Of a stretch of DNA of 64,000 nucleotides, positions 1-11,700 are shown piece after piece (the stretch's first letter is position 1; each line of letters begins with the position of its first letter). The stretch is from Chlamydiales bacterium (GTDB taxonomy: Bacteria > Chlamydiota > Chlamydiia > Chlamydiales > JAAZZY01). The DNA lies in assembly GCA_965206695.1 (NCBI GenBank), contig CBDBKM010000010.1:64001-128000 (forward strand), read 5' to 3'. A program made the position numbers and the translations under genes. The notes beneath the pieces were generated by a model. That model did not search any database. It was not told the DNA's origin and saw only the letters and a list, made by a program, of their open reading frames with translations.

Positions 1-192
1 TTATCTCGCCATTACCGAGATCATCATAAACCTTGGCTAGAAGGTAAGTATTTTAAACTAGATTGCGAAGAGCCTGTGGCTACACTTACTTTAATTCCAA
101 AGTCAATCAAATAAATGTTATTTCAAAAAAATACTGAAGTTTGTATCCTCTTCTTAAAATAACTACTTTAGATTTGAAATTGGAGATTTAAT

Positions 193-381
193 ATGGTGCA
201 AGATTCCGAAACACCCAACTATTTTGTCGTACAGAATGATGAACTCCAATATTCCATTTGGCCAACATATAGGACAGTTCCTGAAGGCTGGAATGTAATT
301 GGAAAAGAGAAAACAAAAGACGGGTGTCTTGCATATATTGAGTCGGTTTGGATTGATATGCGGCCATTAAGCGCTAGATGA
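193..381 (+). CDS. mbtH: MbtH-like protein (NRPS A-domain activator)
   Basis: 62 aa with NDELQYSIWP, VPEGW and CLAYIESVWIDMRP motifs; RBS TGGAG at 181-185; first gene of the operon. Confidence 0.95.
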   Translation: MVQDSETPNYFVVQNDELQYSIWPTYRTVPEGWNVIGKEKTKDGCLAYIESVWIDMRPLSAR

Positions 382-1175
382 GAAACCCGATTATGAGTAC
401 ACAAAATTCACAAATTTTTACAAAACCGTATACTGCTCTTGAGGCAGAACTCTATGATCTTTTAAGGGGCCCTGCTCCTGATTCGGAAATTTCTTTTTAT
501 CATTCATTGATTAAAAAAAAAGGTGGAATATCCTTGGAACTGGGATCAGGGACAGGGAGACTTATGATACCTCTTCTAGAAAAGGGGATCATAGTAGATG
601 GGCTAGAATTGTCAAATGATATGATTAAAATTTGTCAAAACTCACTGTCACAGAAAAAGTTGAAAGCCAATCTATATGAAGATGATATGACCAATTTTTC
701 TCTTCGTGAGAAATATAACTCAATTTTTATTGAGGGTGGAACTTTTATGCTTCTAAAATCTGAAGAGAGCGCACTTAACTGCTTGAGGGCAATCTACAAT
801 CACTTGAATAGTTCAGGGCAGGTAATTATTGAACTGTTCTACCCCTTAGATGACCTCGAGCTTGCTTCTGATTCTTCATGGCGTTTACATAAAAAAGCCA
901 TTAATAAGAAAGATAATGCTTACGTAACATGCTCTTATTCAATCGAATGCGATGTTTTAGAGCAAATTATATCAAAGTGGACAAAGTACGATATATTTAA
1001 TGCTTTAGGGCTTATTGGTTCTCAAATAGTTCTTTCTGAATTGAAATGGTATTCAAAAAGGGAATTTTACTTTTTGCTGGAAAAAGTTGGTTTTAGTCAT
1101 ATTGACTGTGTTCATCCGGCAATTCGTGATGAGTCAGATACAAAAACAGTAATGGCGTTTATTGCTATAAAATAA
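378..1175 (+). CDS. Class I SAM-dependent methyltransferase (tailoring)
   Basis: Motif I LELGSGTGR, GLELSNDM, DMTNF; ATGA overlap with mbtH stop. Confidence 0.88.
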   Translation: MRNPIMSTQNSQIFTKPYTALEAELYDLLRGPAPDSEISFYHSLIKKKGGISLELGSGTGRLMIPLLEKGIIVDGLELSNDMIKICQNSLSQKKLKANLYEDDMTNFSLREKYNSIFIEGGTFMLLKSEESALNCLRAIYNHLNSSGQVIIELFYPLDDLELASDSSWRLHKKAINKKDNAYVTCSYSIECDVLEQIISKWTKYDIFNALGLIGSQIVLSELKWYSKREFYFLLEKVGFSHIDCVHPAIRDESDTKTVMAFIAIK

Positions 1176-1183
1176 CACTAAAA

Positions 1184-1957
1184 GTGAAAATGGATCTTTT
1201 TTTTAACTCTGAATTAATAGATTTAAAATTAATTTCTCTTGTTTGCCTTCCTTATGCAGGAGGATCAAGCAGGATTTTCTATGAATGGAATAAATTCTTA
1301 CCCATAAACTTCCAATTAATTCCATTAGAACTGCGTGGCCGATCTAAGCGAATTAAGGAGTCCTTTTACCAAAATCTTGATGAACTTTTCGATGAGCTGT
1401 TGAACTACTTCAAACAAAATATTAAGGAAGAGTTTATCATTTTTGGACACAGTATGGGGGCTCTAATTGGATTTGAGCTTACTAATTTATTATCCATAAT
1501 TGATTTAAAACCGAGACTGTTAGTTGTATCAGCATGTCAACCGCCAAAACTTCGTATAGCTAGACCAAAGTCAAGCAAGGCAAGTTTATCAGATGAAGAA
1601 TTAATTAAGGTCTTAAAGAAGCTAAATGGAGTGCCTCAAGAAGTTCTGGATAATAAGGAGTTTATGGCTTTTTATCTTCCGATCATTAAAAATGATTTTT
1701 ATCTTCTAGAACAATTGGACGAGAGGTTCAGAAAGCAGGAAATAAAAGTGCAAAGCCCAATTTTAGCAATCGGGGCAAACAGTGATCCGGAAATTCCACT
1801 TCAAACAATTGAGGGTTGGAGGCAGTGCACGGAGAAATCTTTTCATAAAAAAAAATTTCAGGGAGATCATTTTTTTATCAATGATCAGCCTCAAAGAATT
1901 ATCTCAACAATCGAAAAAACTTGCTCTATAGTTGAAAGGGAGAGATTTGGGAGCTAA
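1184..1957 (+). CDS. Type II thioesterase (GrsT/SrfAD-like)
   Basis: LPYAGG, GHSMG nucleophile elbow, GDHFF. Confidence 0.93.
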   Translation: MKMDLFFNSELIDLKLISLVCLPYAGGSSRIFYEWNKFLPINFQLIPLELRGRSKRIKESFYQNLDELFDELLNYFKQNIKEEFIIFGHSMGALIGFELTNLLSIIDLKPRLLVVSACQPPKLRIARPKSSKASLSDEELIKVLKKLNGVPQEVLDNKEFMAFYLPIIKNDFYLLEQLDERFRKQEIKVQSPILAIGANSDPEIPLQTIEGWRQCTEKSFHKKKFQGDHFFINDQPQRIISTIEKTCSIVERERFGS

Positions 1958-2744
1958 ATGTAAACCAATAAAAGTTGATCTTTGGAGCTTAAAGTTTGAT
2001 CAAGATGCTTTGAATATAGATCAGAACCTTTTTTTACATATACTTTCTAACGAGGAGAGAGTTAAAGCTGAAAAATACCGAAAATATGAAGACAGAGTGC
2101 GATATACTATATCTCATGCTTTTCTTAGATTAGTTTTAAGTACACAGCTAGATGTTTATGCTAAGACTCTACATTTTGCGACCTCTATTACAGGAAAGCC
2201 TTATATTGACTCCAGATATGGCTTAAAGTTTAATTTATCTCATAGTTACAACTATACGCTTGTGGCGTCTAGTCAAAATGAGCCGGGTGTTGATATTGAG
2301 TATCATAAACAGATAAAAAAATTAGATGACTTAGTCAGATTTGTAATGACTAAAAATGAATTGCACTCTTGGTACACTTTACTTCAGCAAAACTTGACAA
2401 AGTCTTTTTATGACTGGTGGACTTTGAAAGAGGCGCTTCTTAAATGCATAGGCGAGGGCATTACAGGAGAACAGTTTTCAAAAGTTCAAATTTTACCACA
2501 TTTAATGAAAAGTACTCCTTCTGTCTTTAAAATTAATCAGATTCGTTGCTTAATTCAGTCCGTTGATTTGGGCTCAAAAGTTTCAATTGCTTTGGCTGTT
2601 AAAGAGGCCTCGCAAAGAGGCTCATCGTTATCTGTGCAATTGAAAGAAATCTCGTTATCAGGGTTACTTATTGCATTAAACCAACTCAATAAATTTGAAA
2701 ACTTTCATTTGTTACTAAAAAACCAAAAGGCTGGTGTATTTTGA
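1932..2744 (+). CDS. Sfp-type 4'-phosphopantetheinyl transferase
   Basis: GKP, FNLSHS, GVDIE and WTLKEALLKCIGEG motifs. Confidence 0.93.
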   Translation: MKGRDLGAKCKPIKVDLWSLKFDQDALNIDQNLFLHILSNEERVKAEKYRKYEDRVRYTISHAFLRLVLSTQLDVYAKTLHFATSITGKPYIDSRYGLKFNLSHSYNYTLVASSQNEPGVDIEYHKQIKKLDDLVRFVMTKNELHSWYTLLQQNLTKSFYDWWTLKEALLKCIGEGITGEQFSKVQILPHLMKSTPSVFKINQIRCLIQSVDLGSKVSIALAVKEASQRGSSLSVQLKEISLSGLLIALNQLNKFENFHLLLKNQKAGVF

Positions 2745-5700
2745 CTCAAGAAAATCAACATAAGTATAAGGCTTTAGAAAGTCAAAAGGGGCTATGGCTA
2801 AATCAAAAACTAAACCCAAATAGTTTTGCTGACAATATCCTTAGAGGAATCAAATTTGAAGGAAATCTCACAAGCTCTCATATTGAACAGACTCTGGATA
2901 AACTTTTAGAATTACATCCTTCGTTGAGAGGGATTTTTCGTATGGAAGAAGATATCTTGTACCAGCATATTCTAAATAAGCCAAACTATTGTTCTCTGTA
3001 CGATGCAGCAGCATGGACTGATTTAGAAATAACTTCTTTTGCTCAAAATAAGCAAAAAAAACCTTTTGATCTTGGAGAAGAGGTACCTTTTAGGGCGTAT
3101 CTTCTTCAGCGAAAAAGCGAAATTGTGCTCATTTTAGTTATACACCACATCTCAATTGACTTGTGGTCTGAGATCATCCTTTCAGAGCAGTTTTTAAGGA
3201 TTCTACCCTCTGTTATGCAGGATTCGCACCTTGAACTGAAGCAGACGAGTGATTCTTTTGAAGCATTTGTACGGTGCCACGCCGAAAAGCTAACTCAGAC
3301 AAGAATTGATGACCTTCTTAATTTTTGGAAGCCTCATTGCTGGCAAAAGAACGACCCCCTTTCTTTACCTTTTTCAAAAAAGAGGCCTCAAGTTCAAAAT
3401 TATGAAGGGAGTGAGTTAGTCTTAATGCTTTCACCTGAAATATATCTTTCAATAAAAAAGCTGAGTTCAAAGCTTAAGATAAGCGTCTACTCTTTCTTAC
3501 TTACTGTCTTTCAGATTGTTTATTATAAATACTCAGGCGCAAAGGAGATAACCATTGGCTCTACCACAGCAGGACGAAAGCATGCATGTTTCAGAAAGAC
3601 AGTTGGATATTTTATTAATCCTATTCCGATCTTGTTGAGTCTAAAAGGACAGACCCATATTGAAGACTTATTTGAGGAAAACTTCAAAAAAATTCAAAAA
3701 TATCTTAAGCATAGTGACCTACCTTTTCCAACTATGGTAGAGAAGCTTGAAGTAAAAAAGGAACCGAGCTTTCATCCTTTGTTTCAAGTTATGTTTAATT
3801 ATGTTGGTAAATTGCCATTTTGGCAAACTGAGCGAGAAATTAACGTTTCTAAAAAGGAAAAAATAAAACTTTCACCTCTGAAAGTTACTAATTTATTAGC
3901 GCAGTTTGAACTTGTTGTAAATGCTTCAGTGGATGGAAAAGCACTCAATTTATCGTGGCAGTATAATACATCTATTTTTTCAAAAACTGATATTCAAACT
4001 CTAATGTGCGAGTATAAAACATTCGTACATAATATTTTAAATCAAAGTAATCGTTCGCTATATCAGTTGCTTGAAGTGAATGCTTGCTCTGATACACAAA
4101 AAAGTTCTCTTCAGAATTGTGCTAATAAATTCGATTCAATATTTGATTGGTTTGAGGCATCCGTTCATCAAAATTCAAAAAGAGTTGCTATAACAATGGA
4201 GGAAAGAGCTTTTTCTTATGAGGATTTATTTTCAAGAGTCAATCAGATAGCGCATTTCATGAAAAAGAAGGGGATTAAGACAGGGAGTGTAGTAGTTTTA
4301 TACTTAGACCTTAGTGAGGACACTATTGCCTCAGTTCTCGCAATCTCAAAGTTAAACGCAGTATATTTACCATTAGACAAAAACAGTCCGAATCAGAGAC
4401 TAAATAGTATTGTTAAGTCTTGTGATGCGGTTGTTTTAAAATCGTACAAATCGACGTCTCCTTTTGAGTCAGATGTTAAAGTTATTCATCTAGAGGATAT
4501 TAAAAAGGAACAGTTCAAATTAGAAAGAGGAACTAAACAAGCAGGTTTAAACAAAAATCGAATCGCCTATCTTATTTTTACTTCTGGGTCAACTGGAACA
4601 GCAAAAGGGGTAATGGTTCCAAATTCAGCAATTCTCAATTATTTAGAATGGGCAATAAAAACCTATTTTCAGAGTCACATCAAAACTGCAACTTTGTTCG
4701 GTTCACTTGCCTTTGATATGAGTCTGACGGCACTATTTGCTCCATTATTAGCAGGGAAGACTTTAAAAATACTTCTGAGTGAGAACATTGAAGATAATTT
4801 AAAACAACTTGCCTTTGATCGAGAAATTGATCTTTGTAAAATCACGCCGTCTCATTTAGAAGGATTGACTGAGATTGCTTCTGAGGCTAAAGGCTCTTCC
4901 TCGCTTAAATCTATGATTCTGGGCGGAGAAGAATTAAAAACAGCAGTAGCTGAAAAGGCATTATCCTCAATTGGATCCAAAATTAAGATTTATAACGAAT
5001 ACGGCCCTACTGAGGCTACAGTAGGTTGTATGATTCATCAATTTACTCAAAATGAAAATAAGAAGGCTTCTGTCCCGATCGGAATACCGATTCAAAATGC
5101 ACAAATTTATGTGATGAATGAAGATTTACAAATCCAGCCTTATGATGTGCCGGGTGAACTTTATATTTCAGGAGAGGGGTTAGCTTGGGGGTACTTGAGA
5201 CAGCCTGTCGAAACAGCAAAGAAATTTATTCCTCATCCATTTATTTCAGGCAAAAGAATTTATAAAACCGGGGACTTAGGAGTAAAAAGAGCAAATGGGA
5301 TAATTGAGTATATAGGACGGATCGATTCCCAGCTTAAGATTAGGGGGTATCGAATTGAAAAAAGAGAAATTGAGTATGTTATTCACCAAGTTGACTTAGT
5401 TAAAGAAGCTCTAGTTCTAATGAGCCAGGGTAAATTAATTGCTATTATTATAGCAAAGGTTAAAAACAAAACTGAATTTCTTGATCAGGTTAAAAAAAAG
5501 GTAAACTCTTTATTACCTAAATATATGGTTCCTGATCATTTTATTTTGATTGATCAGTTACCCCTCTCCCCAAGTGGAAAAGTGGATCAACCCACTCTAA
5601 AAAAAATAATTACTGAAGTTCGTGAAGAAAAAAAACAAATCCCTCTTATCGGAAGTCTTGAAAATTCTCTAGGTCAAATTTGGTCGGAAATTTTAAAAGT

Positions 5701-8700
5701 GAATTTAGGCACAATAAGTCGAAATGACAATTTTTTTGATTTGGGAGGAGATTCCGTAAAGCTGCTTCAAACTGTTTCAAGAATAAGGCGTCTAGGCTAT
5801 GAGTGTGAATATAATGTATTTTTTGATTATCCAACAATTCAAGAACTTGCTTCAGAGCTAAAACCTAGATCTAACTCTTTTTTAAATTCTCCTAAAAGTG
5901 CGTATTGTCAATCTCCTGAACTGAAGGCTCTAAACTCTGAATTGAGTAAAAAGCATCAGCAAGCATTTCCTCTTACATCTATCCAAAAAGGAATCTTGTT
6001 TCACTATAAAAGTAGCCCTGCAAGTTTAGCTTATCTAGAGCAATTAGAGTGTACATTCAAGGGGGATTGGTGTTTAGATTCTTTTGAGAAGGTTTTATCA
6101 GCTCTCCAAAAGAGGCACCAAGTGTTAGATTCAAAGTTACTTGATATAGATACGGGGGAAGCTTTAACCATTTTAGGTGTTGGTCACAAAATTCCATTCT
6201 CTGTATCTGACTTAAGTTGTAAGAGTCAAGCTGAGCAAGAGCATCTGATTGAACAGTACAAAATTGCAGATCTAGAGCAAGGATTCAATCTGTATTCTGA
6301 GCCACCTTTAAGAGTATCTTCATTTAAATTGAGCGCGACAGAGATAAAGTTAATTTGGTGCGCGCATCACATTGTACTTGATGGATGGAGTTTAACCATT
6401 TTGTTAAAAGACTTCTTTTCAATGTATTCTACATATCCACAGAAATTTTCGAATGACTTGAAAAATGGAAGGTTTGAGTATAAAGATTTTATACATTGGT
6501 ATATGGGCTCTGATAAAAGCAAAGCAGTCAATTTTTGGAATAATTATTTAAAAAATGTAACGAGTCCATCATTTGTACTTGGAAATTCTTCTCAATCACC
6601 AATTTATTCCTTTGGCCAGCTCTCAAGAGAGATTCCAATGAGAAACCTCGTTTCATTATTAAAGATACTTAACTCGAATAGAATTACGCTAAATGCCTTT
6701 TTACAAGCAGCTTGGGGTGTTTTATTGGCTAAGTGGAACCTTCAGAAGAAAGTAGTATTTGGGACGGTTTCTAACTTTAGACCTATTGACCTTGAAAACA
6801 TTGAAAATGCTGTAGGATTATTTGTAAACACCTTACCTGTTAGGGTAAATATTAAAAATCAAGCACGCCTTCTTGATATCGTTAAAAAAGTTCAAAAAGA
6901 TTTTCTAGAAGCTCAGCCTAACAATTTTATTTCACTTAGTGAAATTATTCAGCGTAAAAATCACCCTCCCAATCTTATCAATCATCTCTTGATATTTGGC
7001 AATTATCCAAAGGCGACACTTGAAAAAGAAAATAAAGATAGAAACTTTAGCCTGTCTAATTTTAAGATGCGTGAACAAACAAATTATGATTTTAACCTCT
7101 ACATTAACTCACAAGAAGAGGGCAAAAATAAGAATCCTTGTTTAGAACTGAATTTTATTTTTAACAAGAATGTTTATTCCGAACAGCAAATCAATGAAGT
7201 CGCAGGCTCCTTTACCACATTAATTTCTGAGACAGATTTGTTAAATAAGCACTTCGGTGAGCTAGAATATACAGCGTTTCAAAGAGCTAGATGCCTTCAT
7301 TTAACAAAAAAAACTAAGTGTGATCCTTTTATAAAGCCTTTGATCAAAATTTTTGATACCAAGGTTAAAACCATACCTCATGAAGTTGCATTATTTTATA
7401 ATAATCGTAGCTATACCTTTCATTATATCGATGATATGAGCACTCGTTTAGCAGGATTTTTCCAAAAGAATGGGGTTAAGAAAGGGGACCTTGTAGCTTT
7501 GATCCTTCCACGCTCTATTGATACTGTTTGTGCTATCCTAGCAGTCCTTAAATCAGGAGCTACATATCTTCCAATTGCTCCTCAAACACCAAAAATACGC
7601 ATTGAGCAGATTTTTATGACTTCTAAATGCTCTTTTCTGCTCACTGAAAAACTGCTTCCATTAAGCAACAAGATAACACAGTTTATTTATGATCTAGAAG
7701 CTTGGAAAAATTTCTCAGAAAACTTTCAGCCTATAACTTCTGACCTTAATCAACTTCTGTATGTCTTATTTACGTCAGGATCTACAGGCAAGCCTAAAGG
7801 AGTTATGGTTGAACAAAAAAGTGTGCTCTCTTTACTTACTCATTTAGAGGGGAAATATCCCCTTAAAAAAGGAGACGCCTTTCTATTAAAAACATCCTAC
7901 ACTTTTGATATTTCCTGTCCGGAACTCTTTTCTTGGATTCTAGGGTCAGGGAAACTCATAATTTCAGAAGAAAATGATGAAAAAGATCCTGAAACAATAG
8001 CTGATGTAATCATCAAGTACAAAGTGACTCATATTAATTTTGTTCCCTCAATGCTTCATATTTTTCTAGAGGTCCTTGAGCCTAAAAAACTCCAAGAGGT
8101 TTTTCATAATTTACGTTATGTTTTTTCGTGTGGTGAGCCCCTTCGTCTAGATACCATCAAGAAGTTTTATTCAATTACTCAGGAGGTCTGCCTCGTAAAT
8201 CTTTATGGACCAACAGAGGCAACAGTTTATGCTACAGAAGAAGAATGTGATCCAAATGCTACGGTTGTTTCTATCGGGTTCCCTATTAAGGGGATTTCAG
8301 CGCATCTCTTAGATGATGAATTAAATGATGTGCCACCAGGGGTTATTGGAACACTTTATTTAGAAGGAGTAGGTTTAGCAAGAGGATATTTAAATGAACC
8401 TAGGCTAACAGCAGAAGAATTCATTCCTTCTAAAAAGCAATACGGGCAGCTCATGTATAATACTGGAGATAAGGCTACTTTCACTTTTGATGGCAAGCTC
8501 TTATTCAAAGGAAGAAATGATTGTCAAGTAAAAGTAAGAGGTTATCGAGTCGAAATACAAGAGATTGAGCATCATTTATCTAGCTTCGAAGGAATTAAAG
8601 TGTCTGTTGTTAAACCTTTTAAAAACCAAGGAGCTATGGACTTAGTAGCTTACTATGTTCCCAATCGAACTATAAAGATAAATGAGATCAGTGCCTTTCT

Positions 8701-11700
8701 AAATACTAAGATTCCTTCCTACATGACTCCTTCTTTTTTTATTGAAATTGAATCTGTGCCTTTAACAGTAAATGGAAAGGTTGACTATAAACAGTTGCCT
8801 GATCCAACTCACGTGAATGCGCAGTTAGGTTCTTCAATAAATCAAACTTTTCAAAGTTCAATTTCAAAAGAACTTCTATCCTTGTGGGAAGAAACTTTAG
8901 ATTTAACATCAGGTTCATTTGACCTTAATAAAAGCTTCTTTGAGCTGGGTGGGCATTCATTAAGCTTAATGAGCCTTCTCAGTAAAATAAGAGGTCAGTT
9001 GAATCGTAAGATTTCAATTCAAGATTTTTTCCAAAACCCATATCTTGCTTTTTTGAATGAGCAATTAAAGTGTAAGCCTCAATATAAATCTATAACTTCG
9101 CAAACGGATCAAAGTCAAAAAAATGAATTTCCATTAACTTCTGCTCAGAAAAAGATTTTTGCACATCAAAATATTTTTCCGGATTCTACGGCTTATAATT
9201 TACCGGGGACTTTTATCCTTAAAGGAGAGATAGCTTATAAAAAATTAGAAAGTGCATTTAGAGAGCTACAAAAAAGACATGAGGCACTGCGTCTTAAAAT
9301 CAAGCAAACCAGTGAAAAGGCTGTAGTTCAAGAAATACAAAGTGAGCCACTTGCGCAGATTGTATATAAAAATGTAAATGAAGATTGTAGCCAATATTGT
9401 GTTGCACAACTCACTCAACCTTTTGACTTATTAGATTCTCCGCTTCTCAAATGCTATCTTTTGCGCTATAATTCAAGTAGAGCGCTCCTATTTTTTGATA
9501 TTCATCATGTCATCGCTGATGGTATTTCTTTAGAGGTTATGCTCAAAGATTTCACTAAATTATATGCTGGAATAGATTTTGAGCAACCGAAGCTAAGCTA
9601 TCGAACTTTTTTGGATTATTATGCTTCAATGAGTAAAGCTACAAAAGCTGAAGGTCAAAATTTTTGGAGCAAATATTTAGGTTCTACCTTACCTCTTCTT
9701 AACTTTCCCTACGATTTTGCTAAAAATGTAAATACCTCTTACGGGGCAAAGAGAGAGACTCATGAGTGGCCAGAAAATTTTTCTGCACAGATTACATCAT
9801 ATGCAAAGGAAAAGAAGGTAACTCCGAATATCCTTTTTGTAGCTGCTTGCGTTATTTTGCTTCAAAAATATACAGGTCAAGAGTCGTTTTTAGTTGGCTT
9901 GCCGGCTTCAAGTCGGGATCTTTTGTTTGGAGCAGAGAGTGTAGTCGGTATGCTTGTGAACACACTTTACCTTAAAGCTTCGATATCACCAAATTTTAAA
10001 ATTTCTGATGTAATACATTTAGTAAAGGAAAATTTAATAGAAATTTTAGAGCATAAGCATGAACCTGTAGAGCCCGTTCTTTCAAAGTTAAACCCTGATC
10101 CCTCTATAAATCCTATTTCGTTTTTTATGGCTTATCAAGAGCCGGACCTGAATTCACTTGAAATGCAAGGTTCAGAAATAGAGAGGTTAAAGTTTAATCC
10201 TAAGGAAGCTAAATTCGACCTAAGCCTTGAAGTGTTCAATTTGGGTGGGAAATTTGAACTGAATTTAGACTATGCTTGCGAACTGACCTCTCAAAATTCT
10301 GCTGACTTGTTTCTTAAGTGTTTAAAAAAAACCTTGAATGCTCTTATTCAAAATGACTCCTCTTATCTAAAGGAAGTCAAAATTTTACCTCAGAATGAAG
10401 AAAGAAATATCGTAATAGACTTCAATAGAACAGAAGCTCCTTTTTCAAAAAAGGCTACTTTAGACAAGGTCCTGAAAGAAAAAATTGCTAGAGAGCAGAA
10501 TCAAATTGTAGTTTCCGATAATAAAACTTCTTTAAGCGCATTAGATTTTGAGCAAAAGATTTTAAAAATTGCAAGTCAGATGAAAGAAAGAGGGGTTCAA
10601 AAAGGGGCTGTTGTAGCGATTATTTGTAATAGATCCATTGAGATGTTGGCTACTATGTATGCTATTTTTAAACTTGAAGCTGCCTACCTTCCAATAAATC
10701 CTTCTTTCCCTGTTGAACGTCAAAAAATGCTTTTAAATCAAGCAAAGCCCTCCTTAATTTGTTTTTCCGGATTCACCTTATTGAAGGGTTCTATCTTTGA
10801 AAGTAGGCTTCTAAATTTGGAAGTAGAGGTTTCAAATTCAATAGAGAATTCATTTAACTCAAATCCCAAGAGTTTAGCCTACATACTTTATACCTCTGGT
10901 ACAACGGGCCTACCTAAAGGAGTCTTGATCTCTCACCAGAGTATTGTCAATCGCCTGGAATGGATGCAAGCTGCATACCCTCTAAAGAGTGATGACGTAA
11001 TCCTACAAAAAACACCCTCAACATTTGATGTTTCAGTTTGGGAACTTTTTTTATGGAGTTTTTCGAACGCGAAACTTTTCCTTTTAAATGAGGGTGATGA
11101 AAAAGATCCAACTGCTCTTTTGAAAACAATTAAGAGTAAATCAGTCACAGTAATGCACTTTGTGCCATCTATGTTAAATGCTTTTTTAGATTATCTTAAA
11201 GTACAGCCGAACTTAGGAATGCTACCACTAAGAAAAATTTTTGTAAGTGGAGAAGCTTTACCGAAAGAAGTTGTGAAAAAATTTTATCAGACCATTTCTT
11301 ATGTTGAGCTTATAAATTTATACGGTCCAACCGAGGCAACGGTTGATGTCACTCATTTCCCTTGCTCCTCCAATCCAGCAAAGGTCTTAATTGGAAAACC
11401 CATTCAGAATCATCAACTTTATGTTCTAGATAGATACATGAATATTCAGCCTCCAGGAGTTCCAGGCAAACTTTATATTTCGGGCGTTGGGTTGGCATGG
11501 GGATACTTAAACGAACCTCGCTTAACAGCTAAAAAATTTCTTCCTAATCCTTTTATATCCGGATGTAGAATGTATGACACTGGGGATGTTGCCCGTTTTA
11601 ACTCTTATGGGGAAATTGAGTTTTTAGGTAGAGCTGACCGTCAAATAAAGATTCGAGGTATGAGAATAGAATTAGCTGAAATTGAAGATGTTATGCTTAA

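Noticed and set aside
1..114. Open frame from the window edge to TAA at 112-114
   Set aside because: Could be the end of an upstream gene but is too short and has no motif
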